DNA from: a virus
Taxonomy: Duplodnaviria; Caudoviricetes
DNA length: 39,549 nucleotides
Direction: 5' to 3' (one strand)
Virus record (IMG/VR): IMGVR_UViG_3300048577_000134
Coordinates: 1 to 39,549 of that record
The notes under the pieces were generated by a model. That model searched no databases, had not been told where the DNA came from, and saw only the letters and a list, made by a program, of their open reading frames with translations. The position numbers and the translations under genes are program-made. This document shows positions 15,751 to 24,871 of the stretch, in pieces (the stretch's first letter is position 1; every line of letters starts with the position of its first letter).

Positions 15751-17192
15751 GCCTTCGCCCGTCATACGTGCCCGCCTCATTCGCTGGCGGCTGCAAGATT
15801 TTCCCGGAGACCGACAATCTCTTCCTTAAGTACCAGGCCGACTGGATCAGGGATCGCTCGATCATCAAGGGAATGGAGAAGGCCCGCCAGGTCGGCATCT
15901 CTATGTCGACCGCCTACGACGAAGTGCAGGAAAAGGCGCAGGTCGGAGAGCGTTTGGATTCCTGGATTTCCTCGCGCGACGATATCCAGGCACGGCTCTT
16001 TCTGGAGGACTGCAAAAAGTTCGCGAACCTGCTCAAGCTCGCTGCCGAGGATTTGGGGGAGCGCGTAATCGATGACGGTGGGCATAGCGCCTATGTTCTC
16101 GCAATGGCCCCTGGTGTGCGTTTGCACTCGATGTCGAGCAACCCGGACGCCCAAGCAGGCAAGCGAGGCAACCGCGTGCTTGATGAGTTCGCGCTGCATC
16201 TCGATCCGCGCAAGCTCTGGTCAATCGCGTTCCCTGGTATCACCTGGGGCGGACGCATGAAGTTCATCTCCACGCACCGCGGGTCGGCGAACTTCTTCAA
16301 TGAGCTGATTCAAGAGGTGAAGCACAAGGGAAACCCGAAGCATATTTCTCTGCACACGGTGACGCTTCAGACCGCGCTCGACCAGGGCTTCCTCTACAAG
16401 CTTCAGACAAAGCTCCCTGTCGGGGACAAGCGCCTGGAGATGGACGAGACCGACTACTTTAACTTCATTCGGTCGAGCTGCGCCGACGAAGAGTCTTTCT
16501 TGCAAGAGTTCATGTGCCAGCCAGCCGACGATAACTCGGCGTTTTTGAGCTACGACCTGATTGCCTCTTGCGAGTATCGCCTGGACGAGGCTTGGATGCT
16601 GGACCTAGCCACGGCCAAAAACTCGCTCTATGTTGGCGTCGATATCGGTCGCGAGCACGACCTGACGGTTATCTGGGTGGTCGAGCGTGCCGGCGATGTG
16701 GTCTATACCCGGCGCATCGTGGCGATGGATCGCCAGACCTTTGACGCTCAGGAGGCTGAGCTTTACGCGATTCTTCAGCTCCCTCAGGTGCGCCGTTGCT
16801 GCATCGACTGCACGGGAATCGGTCGCCAGTTCGCTGAGCGCGCGCAGAGCCGCTTCGGGACCTACAAGGTTGAGCCTGTCAACTTCACCGGGCCGGTGAA
16901 GGAGGAGCTTGCTTACCCGGTCCGTGCTGCGTTCGAGGATCGCACGGTGCGCGTGCCGAACGACAAGCTTGTCCGCGCCGATCTGCGCGCGATCAAGAAA
17001 GAGACGACGGCTTCTGGAAATATCCGCTTCACCGCAGACCGCGGGAAGAACGGCCACGCTGATCGCTTCTGGGCGCTGGCCTTGGCCATGCACGCCTCAA
17101 AGCCAGGTCTCGGCTACGCCGGGGCAACCGAGGACTTTCAGTCCTGGGGGAAGCCGCGCGCTCGTAGCGATGAAAGGACTCTCGAAGGATGA
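15747..17192 (+). CDS. terL: Terminase large subunit (Mu gp28-like)
   Basis: KYQ, EKARQVGIS, VLDEFA, ISTHRG, GVDIGR, IDCTGIG and GHADRFWALAL motifs. Confidence 0.95.
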   Translation: MSLRPSYVPASFAGGCKIFPETDNLFLKYQADWIRDRSIIKGMEKARQVGISMSTAYDEVQEKAQVGERLDSWISSRDDIQARLFLEDCKKFANLLKLAAEDLGERVIDDGGHSAYVLAMAPGVRLHSMSSNPDAQAGKRGNRVLDEFALHLDPRKLWSIAFPGITWGGRMKFISTHRGSANFFNELIQEVKHKGNPKHISLHTVTLQTALDQGFLYKLQTKLPVGDKRLEMDETDYFNFIRSSCADEESFLQEFMCQPADDNSAFLSYDLIASCEYRLDEAWMLDLATAKNSLYVGVDIGREHDLTVIWVVERAGDVVYTRRIVAMDRQTFDAQEAELYAILQLPQVRRCCIDCTGIGRQFAERAQSRFGTYKVEPVNFTGPVKEELAYPVRAAFEDRTVRVPNDKLVRADLRAIKKETTASGNIRFTADRGKNGHADRFWALALAMHASKPGLGYAGATEDFQSWGKPRARSDERTLEG

Positions 17193-18817
17193 AACCGCCT
17201 ATCCACCTGCGCGATATCAACCGCGCCCGTGATTACTACAACCCGCTTCGCGGACTCGATGTGGGCCGCGTCATCCGACTCCTGGAGGACGGAGAGCGCG
17301 GGCGCTACCACGACTTGCAGAAGCTGAATCGCTCTGCCGAGAAAAGGCATCCGACCTTGAAGGCTCTGAAGGCCCGCCGTCTCGGCGCCCTTAAGAAGTT
17401 GGACTGGAGCGTGAAGGTCCCAAGCGAATTGCCCGACGGTATCAACGCTGCCCAGGCAGAGCGCCAGCGGGTATTCCTGCGCGGAGCCTATGAGCAGATC
17501 GAGAACCTTCCGCAGGCTTTCGAGTTTTTAGCGCTGCCGAGCTTCCGCGGTTATTCGCATCTTGAGCCGCGCCATCGCGACGACGATCCGAGCGAGCCGA
17601 TCACGCGTCTCAATCCAGTTCCCCAGTGGCATTGGCTGCGCGACTCGCAGACCTGGGCCTGGCGTTATGACGCCGATGCCCGCGGCTGCGAAGCGACGTC
17701 CGTCGAGATCGACCCGGAGGAATTCATCATCCGCGAGGTCGACGATCCGCTTTGCGAGATCGCCCTGCTGTGTCTCGTGCGACGCAATATCGCCAAGAAA
17801 GACTGGACCTCTTTTATGGAGGATTACGCCATTGCGTCGGTCTTCGCGATGCTTGGAGAAAACACGCCACTCGATAAGGTCAAGGAATGGCTGGAGGTCG
17901 TAAAGCAGGTGACGAGTAATAGCCGGGGTGCGCTGCCGCCCGGTTCAAAGATCGAGGCGCTCGAACTCGGCAACCTGGACGGCGTGCAGTTCCGTAATTT
18001 TATCGCGGCGGAAGATGAAGACCTAGTCCTGGCTGGCACCGGCGGACTGCTCACCATGCTCACCGCCACCACGGGCATGAACAGCGACCAGGGTGACGCC
18101 CATGAAAAGACCTTCGCAGCCATCGCGCTTGCCGAGGCTCGGGAGATCAGCGCGGTGCTCCAAGCGCAGTTCGATAAGCGCATCCTCGCCCGAGAATTCC
18201 CCAGCCAGCCGGCGGTGGCCTATTTTGAGCTGGCCGCCCAGGACGAGGAGGATGTGACCGCGCTTGCGGATCGCGTTCAGAAGTTCTACCAGGCGGGCCT
18301 TGAGTCTGACCCGGAGGAGGTCTCTGAGAAGGTCGGCCTTAAGCTCACGCGCAAAGCCCAGGTTCCGGCGGTCGTACCTCCGGCTGCGGCCCAGGCGCAA
18401 GCTGCCGCTCCTGGTCCTGGAGAAGGAGAAAAGCCAGCACAGGAAGAGGCGCCATTGGCCAATCGTGCCGCACAAGAGGTCGGTCGAGAAGCCCGCTTTA
18501 TGGCCGCGAGCCAGGCCATGCTGTCCGAGGGCGATATTGCTGCCCTGAAGCCGATCCTGGAGCGGGCGTCTGCCCTAGATGCCATCACGGATGATGCCGA
18601 ATACCAGCAGGCCTATGCCAAGTTCATGGCGGATTTGCCAGCCCTGGAGGCCCAGTGCCTTGGCGATAAGGCAACAGCCACCTTGGAGTCGGCCTTTGAA
18701 TGGGTAATCGGGACTGCCCTGGTCAGCGGATTAGCGTCCGCAACCGAGGCCCGTAAAACCGCGAAAACCGGCCAGGGAGGTACAAGACAGCCTTCTGCCG
18801 ACCAAAATCGTTCCTGA
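17189..18817 (+). CDS. Portal protein (Mu gp29/DUF935)
   Basis: RGYSHLE, KDWTSFMEDY, LAGTGGLLT, GDAHE motifs; follows terL. Confidence 0.9.
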   Translation: MKPPIHLRDINRARDYYNPLRGLDVGRVIRLLEDGERGRYHDLQKLNRSAEKRHPTLKALKARRLGALKKLDWSVKVPSELPDGINAAQAERQRVFLRGAYEQIENLPQAFEFLALPSFRGYSHLEPRHRDDDPSEPITRLNPVPQWHWLRDSQTWAWRYDADARGCEATSVEIDPEEFIIREVDDPLCEIALLCLVRRNIAKKDWTSFMEDYAIASVFAMLGENTPLDKVKEWLEVVKQVTSNSRGALPPGSKIEALELGNLDGVQFRNFIAAEDEDLVLAGTGGLLTMLTATTGMNSDQGDAHEKTFAAIALAEAREISAVLQAQFDKRILAREFPSQPAVAYFELAAQDEEDVTALADRVQKFYQAGLESDPEEVSEKVGLKLTRKAQVPAVVPPAAAQAQAAAPGPGEGEKPAQEEAPLANRAAQEVGREARFMAASQAMLSEGDIAALKPILERASALDAITDDAEYQQAYAKFMADLPALEAQCLGDKATATLESAFEWVIGTALVSGLASATEARKTAKTGQGGTRQPSADQNRS

Positions 18818-18862
18818 GCGAGCTTAAACGGCTCTTAAGGCCTTCCCTCAGCCATCTAAAAC
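18725..18862. promoter_or_regulatory. Candidate strong gyrase site (phased A/T tracts)
   Basis: A/T patches near 18731, 18742, 18756, 18766 and 18806, 18826, 18836, 18858 (about 10-bp period), just upstream of gene I and near the genome centre. Confidence 0.4.
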
Positions 18863-18864
18863 CT

Positions 18865-19953
18865 ATGGAAACCGAAATTTTGACACCTTTCTTGAATCGG
18901 GCGGGCGAATTTGACCCGACCGGCTGGTTCCAGCTTGTCCCAAAAGGGGCGTTCCCGATCAGCCGAAAAGAGGGTGATGCGGTCCGCACCTACACCCAGG
19001 TGGTCGACGACCAAGCGGTCAACAAGATCGTCACGGCCTTTACGAACCGCCGGGCTGCAAATCTGGCCTACCGGATGCTGGTCGACTTCGAGCACTTCTC
19101 GCACGACACGAGCAAAAGCAGTGCCGCGGCTTGCTGGGTCACCGATATGGAAGCCCGCGCAGATGGCGTATGGGCCAAGGGCGAGTGGAGTGACGATGGA
19201 GAGGCGGCCATCAAAAACCGGCGTTACCGCTACCTATCGCCGGTGTGGTTTCCGCGCCAGACCCAGCGGATCGACGCAACCCGCTTCCGCCCGGTCGAGG
19301 TGAATGACGCCGGCCTGACAAACAAGCCCAACCTGGGCGAGGCGCTCCAGCCATTCTGGAATCGGGAGGAAGAATTTCACGGCCGCGAGGCCACTACTGC
19401 AACCCAAACACAAGGAAACACCATGAAGGATCGCCTGATCCTCATCTGCGGCCTCGCCGCCACTGCGACCGATGAACAAATCGTCGCGGCTGTCGAGGCG
19501 TTCAAAAACCGCGGGTCCGAGAAGGACGCGCTCCAGGGGAAGTTCGATACGCTCACGCGTGACAACGAAGCCCTGAAAAACCGCCACAACGCCCTGCTTA
19601 CCTCGTCCGTCGATAAGACGCTCGGGGAGTTCAAGGGCCTGATCACCGAGGAGTCCAAGGAAGCCTGGAAGAACCGGCTTACCTCCGACTTCGAGGGCAC
19701 CGTCGCGCTGCTTAAGGGTATCAAGACGCCCGCCGCTGCCGGTACGAAAAAGCCTGTCCACAAGGACGGCAAGGCGACCGACACGACCGTTGCCTCCGAA
19801 ACCGAGGACGATGACAGCGCCTTCCTGAATCGCGCCACCGAAATCGCCAAAGAGCGGAAGGTTTCCGAGTCCGAGGCTCAGGTGCTCGCTGCTCGCGAAA
19901 ATCCCGACCTCTACGAGGGCTACCGCAAGCAGCTCCTCGGCATCGAATCCTAA
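18865..19953 (+). CDS. Prohead protease I with embedded scaffold
   Basis: WFQLVPKG, LVDFEH, AAACWV, RYRYLSPV, GLTNKPNL motifs. Confidence 0.92.
   Translation: METEILTPFLNRAGEFDPTGWFQLVPKGAFPISRKEGDAVRTYTQVVDDQAVNKIVTAFTNRRAANLAYRMLVDFEHFSHDTSKSSAAACWVTDMEARADGVWAKGEWSDDGEAAIKNRRYRYLSPVWFPRQTQRIDATRFRPVEVNDAGLTNKPNLGEALQPFWNREEEFHGREATTATQTQGNTMKDRLILICGLAATATDEQIVAAVEAFKNRGSEKDALQGKFDTLTRDNEALKNRHNALLTSSVDKTLGEFKGLITEESKEAWKNRLTSDFEGTVALLKGIKTPAAAGTKKPVHKDGKATDTTVASETEDDDSAFLNRATEIAKERKVSESEAQVLAARENPDLYEGYRKQLLGIES
19423..19953 (+). CDS. In-frame scaffolding protein (Mu Z-like)
   Basis: Internal ATG preceded by AAGGA, right after the protease domain; helical product. Confidence 0.6.
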   Translation: MKDRLILICGLAATATDEQIVAAVEAFKNRGSEKDALQGKFDTLTRDNEALKNRHNALLTSSVDKTLGEFKGLITEESKEAWKNRLTSDFEGTVALLKGIKTPAAAGTKKPVHKDGKATDTTVASETEDDDSAFLNRATEIAKERKVSESEAQVLAARENPDLYEGYRKQLLGIES

Positions 19954-19970
19954 CCCTCATCGCATCCAAC

Positions 19971-20390
19971 ATGAGAACCATCATCGAAGGAAACACGATC
20001 AGCTTCGCCGAGGAAGTCGCCGGAGCGCTCGCCGACAAGGTCAACTACGCGGTGGAGATTACCGCTAACGGCAAAATCCAGCTCGCCAATGCCGGGATCG
20101 CCATCGGCACTATCCGCGAACAGATGACGCCTGGAGATGCCATGCGCCCCGTCGCGCTGTTCGGCAAGGTCGGCGTCTCGAAGGCCATCCAGTCCGGCGC
20201 CATCGCCGTCGGATCGCGCGTCGTCATCGACACCGCGAATCCCGGCAAGGTGAAGCTCCTGCCTGTTGCCGCAGGCACCTATCGCTCAGTCGGCATCAAG
20301 CACGCGTTGCCTGAGAGCGGCGCCGCAGCTGGTGCAGCTGGCGACGTCATCGAGATCATCGATCTCGTCGAAACCATCATCGTGACCTGA
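19971..20390 (+). CDS. Capsid decoration/cement protein (DUF2190-like)
   Basis: GAIAVGSRV...GK and AAGAAGDVIEI motifs; between scaffold and capsid genes. Confidence 0.8.
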   Translation: MRTIIEGNTISFAEEVAGALADKVNYAVEITANGKIQLANAGIAIGTIREQMTPGDAMRPVALFGKVGVSKAIQSGAIAVGSRVVIDTANPGKVKLLPVAAGTYRSVGIKHALPESGAAAGAAGDVIEIIDLVETIIVT

Positions 20391-20417
20391 GTCACCTGAA
20401 CCCACGACATTTCAACC

Positions 20418-21347
20418 ATGAACGTCAAAGCTACTGCCAATCCTGTCCTGACGACGACCGTCAACAAGTTCATGCAGGACAACAAAGCCTTCGTGGCCGG
20501 AAGCCTGTTCCCGGTGTTCTACACCGGCGAGCAAAGCGCCAGCTACTTCGTCTTCGACACCGAGAATATCCTCAGCGTGCCGAAGAACATCGGTCGCGCC
20601 CCCAGCGCGAACTACTCCCGCTCGATGATGAAGTTGAGCGACGACACCTATAACTGCAAAGAGTTCGGCCATGAGGAGCCGGTCGATGATCGCGAGCGCA
20701 AGAAGTATTCTCGCTCTTTCGACGCCGACACTGCCGCCGCCAACCGGCTGGGCCAGATTCTGCTAATGAACCGGGAATTCCGTGCGCGCGACAAGGCCCT
20801 CACGATCCCCTACACCAGCTCTCCTGCGACCAAGTGGGATGCAGCAAATGCGACCGTCATCAAGGACGTCGATGCTGCCAAGGAGGTGGTTTACAACAAC
20901 TGCGGCCTTGAGCCGAACCTGCTGGTGCTGCCTCGCGCGGTCTTCACGAAGATCAAGCGCCTGGCCGAGTTCATCGAGCTGATCAAGTACACCCAGAAGG
21001 GCGTGGCTACCGAGGCCCTGCTTGCCGAGCTTTTCGGAATCGAGCAGGTCGTCGTTGCCGGCGGCATCGAGAACAAGGCCAACGAAGGCCAGGCGGTCAA
21101 CCCCGGTCAAATCTGGGGCGACAACGTCGTGCTCGCGCACGTCGATCCCTCTCAGGACCTGAAGGCGCCGAACTACGGTCGCACCTTCGCCTGGACCGGA
21201 GAGACCGGCGGCGGCGACAACCTCGCCGTGGTTGAATCCTACCGAGAGGAGACCAAGCGCAGCGACATTCACCGCGCTCGCCACGACGTGGACGAGAAGG
21301 TCACGGGTTCCGAGTGCGCCTACCTCCTCACCGACGTGCTCACCTGA
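20418..21347 (+). CDS. Major capsid protein
   Basis: 309 aa. NPVLT, LFPV, PNLLVL, LAELFGIEQVVV, IWGDNVVLA and YGRTF motifs; strongly biased codon usage. Confidence 0.9.
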   Translation: MNVKATANPVLTTTVNKFMQDNKAFVAGSLFPVFYTGEQSASYFVFDTENILSVPKNIGRAPSANYSRSMMKLSDDTYNCKEFGHEEPVDDRERKKYSRSFDADTAAANRLGQILLMNREFRARDKALTIPYTSSPATKWDAANATVIKDVDAAKEVVYNNCGLEPNLLVLPRAVFTKIKRLAEFIELIKYTQKGVATEALLAELFGIEQVVVAGGIENKANEGQAVNPGQIWGDNVVLAHVDPSQDLKAPNYGRTFAWTGETGGGDNLAVVESYREETKRSDIHRARHDVDEKVTGSECAYLLTDVLT

Positions 21348-21373
21348 GCCACAGCAATCAACCCATAACGACC

Positions 21374-21547
21374 ATGCCTAAAGTCATCGTCACCGACCCG
21401 AAGGGTTTCTTCTTCAATAAGGCCACGCATCCGAAGGATGCGGAGGTCGATATCCCGGCAGGCGCCCGCCTCGATGCCGCTCTCCACTTCAAGCAGGTGG
21501 AGATCGTCAAGGAGGAGCCCGCCAAGCCTGCGAAAGCTGGAAAGTAA
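21374..21547 (+). CDS. Small head-associated protein (57 aa)
   Basis: ATG after a C/A-rich leader; typical position after the capsid gene. Confidence 0.65.
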   Translation: MPKVIVTDPKGFFFNKATHPKDAEVDIPAGARLDAALHFKQVEIVKEEPAKPAKAGK

Positions 21548-21554
21548 CCTGATC

Positions 21555-21595
21555 GGCTCTTCGAGCCTCGGCGCGAGCCGGGGCTCCATAGAGCC
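21555..21595 (+). promoter_or_regulatory. Stem-loop after the capsid cluster
   Basis: GAGCCTCGGC-GCGA-GCCGGGGCTC within an outer GGCTCT/AGAGCC stem; no T-tract. Confidence 0.45.
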
Positions 21596-21605
21596 AACCA
21601 AGACC

Positions 21606-22079
21606 ATGCCAAACCCCTGGATTACTCTCACAATCACCCAGCTCGACGCCGCCAAGGCGGCGGCGCTGGTAGATGCCTTGCAGACAGCGGCCCTGGCCGA
21701 TGGCCAATCGGACCCGTTGCCCGATGTGATTGCGAGCGTAACGACGCGCATCCGCATGGAGATCGCTGCCGGAGGCAAGACCGTGCTCGATGCCGATGCG
21801 ACCAAGCTGCCGCCGAGCCTTAAAAGCCTCGGTCTGCGCATGGTCCTGCGTGAGGGGCAAAGCCGACTGAACGCGGCAGGCGCCCTTCCTCTCTCTGACG
21901 ACGAGAAGGAGGAGTGGAGGCAGGACGTGCGCTTCCTTGAGCGTATCGCCAAGGGAGAGATCACAGTCGAAGCGAGCACCAACCCGGAGGCTACTCCGAG
22001 CGTTCAGGCTGCCGCATCGAGCCCAATGATTTGTGCGCGTGAACGAATTTACACGCGCGATAGCCAGGATGGAGCCTGA
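21606..22079 (+). CDS. Head-tail adaptor (Mu gp36/DUF1320-like)
   Basis: LPPSLKSL...WRQDVRFLERIAKGEITV motif. Confidence 0.8.
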   Translation: MPNPWITLTITQLDAAKAAALVDALQTAALADGQSDPLPDVIASVTTRIRMEIAAGGKTVLDADATKLPPSLKSLGLRMVLREGQSRLNAAGALPLSDDEKEEWRQDVRFLERIAKGEITVEASTNPEATPSVQAAASSPMICARERIYTRDSQDGA

Positions 22080-22081
22080 AT

Positions 22082-22891
22082 ATGTTCGACGAATTCCAAA
22101 CCATTCTGCCGACGCCGCGCCCCGTAGTGTCATGGGCTGGCGGAAAGCGGAAGCTTCTGAAGTACCTGTTGCCGCTTATCAAGCCGCACACCTGCTATGT
22201 CGAGGTGTTTGGCGGAAGCTTTGCCCTCGGGATTGCAAAGCCGCCTAGCCAGGTCGAAGTCGTCAACGATATCAATGGAGACCTGGTCTCGTTCTATCGC
22301 TGCTGCAAATATCATCTCGATGCGCTTCTGGACGAGCTGGACCTCGTACTGAATTCGCGCCGCGATTTCGAGGACTACTGCGCGCAGCCAGGTCTCACTG
22401 AGATTCAACGCGCTGCTCGTTGGTTCATTCGCAACAAGCTTTCATTCGCCGGGCATGGCGAGCATTTCGCGATTCAACGCACGCACGGGCTGTCATCCAG
22501 AGCGCAGCGCGTGCTTGCCATTCGCTCGCTCAATCGACGCCTGGACAGGACGACCATTGAACAACAGTCCTGGGAATACGTCGTCAAGACCTACGACCAC
22601 GAAGAGACCTTCTTCTTTTTCGATCCGCCATATCCGGAGCCTGGTGGCGAGCTTTATGGCGGGTGGGACGAGTCAACCCTGGAACGCTTTTGCGCAGCGA
22701 TAAAGAAGCTGCGCGGCCAGTGGCTCTTTACGTTCAAGTCTTGTGACCGCGTCCGCGAGCTAATGGCGGGCTACACGTTCAAGACGATCAACCGCGCCCG
22801 CGGAATCGCAAATAATCACGGTGTGAAGAAGGCAGCTCGTTACGTGGAGGTCATTATTACGAGTGACCGGATCAAAGAGGAGGCTGCGTGA
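22082..22891 (+). CDS. dam: Dam-family (D12) DNA adenine methyltransferase
   Basis: WAGGK, YVEVFGGS, EVVNDIN and DPPY motifs; specificity not determinable from sequence. Confidence 0.93.
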   Translation: MFDEFQTILPTPRPVVSWAGGKRKLLKYLLPLIKPHTCYVEVFGGSFALGIAKPPSQVEVVNDINGDLVSFYRCCKYHLDALLDELDLVLNSRRDFEDYCAQPGLTEIQRAARWFIRNKLSFAGHGEHFAIQRTHGLSSRAQRVLAIRSLNRRLDRTTIEQQSWEYVVKTYDHEETFFFFDPPYPEPGGELYGGWDESTLERFCAAIKKLRGQWLFTFKSCDRVRELMAGYTFKTINRARGIANNHGVKKAARYVEVIITSDRIKEEAA

Positions 22892-23712
22892 TTTTCACAG
22901 CTCCAATGCCGTTCAAGGAAGCGCTCGATATAGCACGAGCGAGAACCTTATTGCCGACGTCGCTTGGCACGAGCGGGCTGCAAAAGCTCAGTGCGGACAT
23001 TCGCGAACGCTCGCTCTTCTCGGCGAAGGTTCGCACGGTGGAGCATCTATCTGTTCTCAGGTCCGGAACTGATGAGTTGACCGCTGGCACTCTGGACCTT
23101 GCAAGCGCCCGCCTGAGCGTGAAGCAGTTTTTGACTCGGACTGGATACGTGGCTCCGAAGGGCAAGGAAGGTGGCCTTCAGGACTTCAGCAGCGATCAGC
23201 GCATAAACCTGCAACTACTGACCAACGTGCAGCAGGCGCAGGGTTACGGCTGGTGGCAGCAAGGCCAGGATGAAACCATCCTTGACGCCTTCCCTGCTCA
23301 AGAATTCCTCCGCGTTGAGGCGCGGGATAATCCGCGCTCCGACTGGGCTGACCGTTGGGATTATGCTCGGCTGAATACGAACACAAAGGGAGCGACTGCT
23401 GCCGGATCGGGTCGCATGGTCGCGCTAAAGGATCATCCGATATGGGTGAAACTGTCGCGCTTCGGGACTCCCTACGAGCCGTTCGATTTTAACAGCGGGA
23501 TGGGCGTCGAGGATGTGTCGCGCGAAGACGCAATGGGCCTCGGCATCATCGACGCGACGACGAAGATTACGCCACAGGAGCGCCCATTCAATGAGGACTT
23601 GCAGGCCTCTCCTGACGTGCAAAGCGACAAGCTGCGTGCGCTGTTGGAGCAGGGCGGGGTTGGCCACTTTAACGGGGGCGTATTTGTGCGTACCCCTAAG
23701 GGGGGAAGCTGA
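22888..23712 (+). CDS. MuF/gp30-like head morphogenesis protein
   Basis: FSAKV, TNVQQAQGYG, DHPIW and PFDFNSG motifs. Confidence 0.78.
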   Translation: MIFTAPMPFKEALDIARARTLLPTSLGTSGLQKLSADIRERSLFSAKVRTVEHLSVLRSGTDELTAGTLDLASARLSVKQFLTRTGYVAPKGKEGGLQDFSSDQRINLQLLTNVQQAQGYGWWQQGQDETILDAFPAQEFLRVEARDNPRSDWADRWDYARLNTNTKGATAAGSGRMVALKDHPIWVKLSRFGTPYEPFDFNSGMGVEDVSREDAMGLGIIDATTKITPQERPFNEDLQASPDVQSDKLRALLEQGGVGHFNGGVFVRTPKGGS

Positions 23713-23714
23713 CT

Positions 23715-24308
23715 ATGCCGGGCGGTATCACAATCACCACGACGGTCGAAGACCTCGCCACGCCGATGTTCAAGCGGCTCGGCGCTGCGGTCCAGAGGCC
23801 GGATATTCGCAAGGTCATGGGGCGCGCGATGGCCACGCAGTTGCGAAAGCACTTTTCTAGGCTCGATTCTGAACGCGCGAACAAGCTTGGTGGGTCAAGG
23901 ACACATTTCTATGGCCAGGCGCGACGGGGCGTGCAGCAGCCGGAGATCACGACTGACGGGGTCGTCGTCGCGATCAACAACGTCGGCATTGCCCAGCGCT
24001 ACTTCGGCGGAGATATCGAAGCCGCTCCTGGAGGAAAACTCACCATCCCTGTAAATCCGGCGGCTTACGGCCATCGTGCGCGCGAGTTCTCTGATCTGCA
24101 TGCCATTTACTTCCAGGACGGAAGCGGAATCCTCGTGAAGAGTAGGACCGAATCAAAGGGCAACATCGGAGAGGTGTTTTACCGGCTCGTGAAGCGAGTT
24201 CACCAGGAGGAAGACCCGACCGTCCTTCCGACAGAAGACGAGATGCAGGAGAATGCGATGCAGGCCGGAGCCGGTTATCTAGACACGCTTAAGGAGGGCT
24301 CAAAATAG
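23715..24308 (+). CDS. Mu G-like virion morphogenesis/tail completion protein
   Basis: AQRYFGGDI...KLTIP and LVKRV...P motifs; follows MuF. Confidence 0.7.
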   Translation: MPGGITITTTVEDLATPMFKRLGAAVQRPDIRKVMGRAMATQLRKHFSRLDSERANKLGGSRTHFYGQARRGVQQPEITTDGVVVAINNVGIAQRYFGGDIEAAPGGKLTIPVNPAAYGHRAREFSDLHAIYFQDGSGILVKSRTESKGNIGEVFYRLVKRVHQEEDPTVLPTEDEMQENAMQAGAGYLDTLKEGSK

Positions 24309-24310
24309 CC

Positions 24311-24808
24311 ATGCCATACGATCCATCCAAAATCGAAGAGCGCCTCCTGGTTGTAGCCGAGACATTCGCCGGCCTGATCGCGGCCAACGCCTATATTTCA
24401 TCGGCTCCAGCGCTTCCCGTGCTCACCGAGCGCAAGGGCGATATCAGTGCAGAGATCACCAAGGCCCTCGCGCAACTTGGGCTATCCATCGTTGTGATCA
24501 CACCCGACGGCGACAGCCTTGAGACGACAGGAGACGGGATGTGTCTCCGTGTGCGTCTTGTTGCAGAGGTAGCCGAGAACGTCTTGGTGAACAAAGCCAA
24601 GAGCGGAGCGAATTACCGTCCAGCGCTTGGTGCTGCTGTTGCCGTGATGACTGCGGTCGACCGGAAGCCTAACGGGCTCGATCCCGCCGGAGTCGCGCAC
24701 ATTCGCGGTCTCAATGAGTTCGAGCTGGATCACAATCAGCCATTCCGGCTCATGCCCGCCCAGCGCCCCACGTACCACGTCACTGCATACACGAAGGTGA
24801 CTCTCTGA
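24311..24808 (+). CDS. Putative tail terminator/neck protein
   Basis: 165 aa, immediately upstream of the tail tube gene (synteny only). Confidence 0.55.
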   Translation: MPYDPSKIEERLLVVAETFAGLIAANAYISSAPALPVLTERKGDISAEITKALAQLGLSIVVITPDGDSLETTGDGMCLRVRLVAEVAENVLVNKAKSGANYRPALGAAVAVMTAVDRKPNGLDPAGVAHIRGLNEFELDHNQPFRLMPAQRPTYHVTAYTKVTL

Positions 24809-24871
24809 CTTTTTCTTCAACCCATCCGCAAAAAACAAAACCAATAACCGCGCCGCCAGGCGCATCTCACC

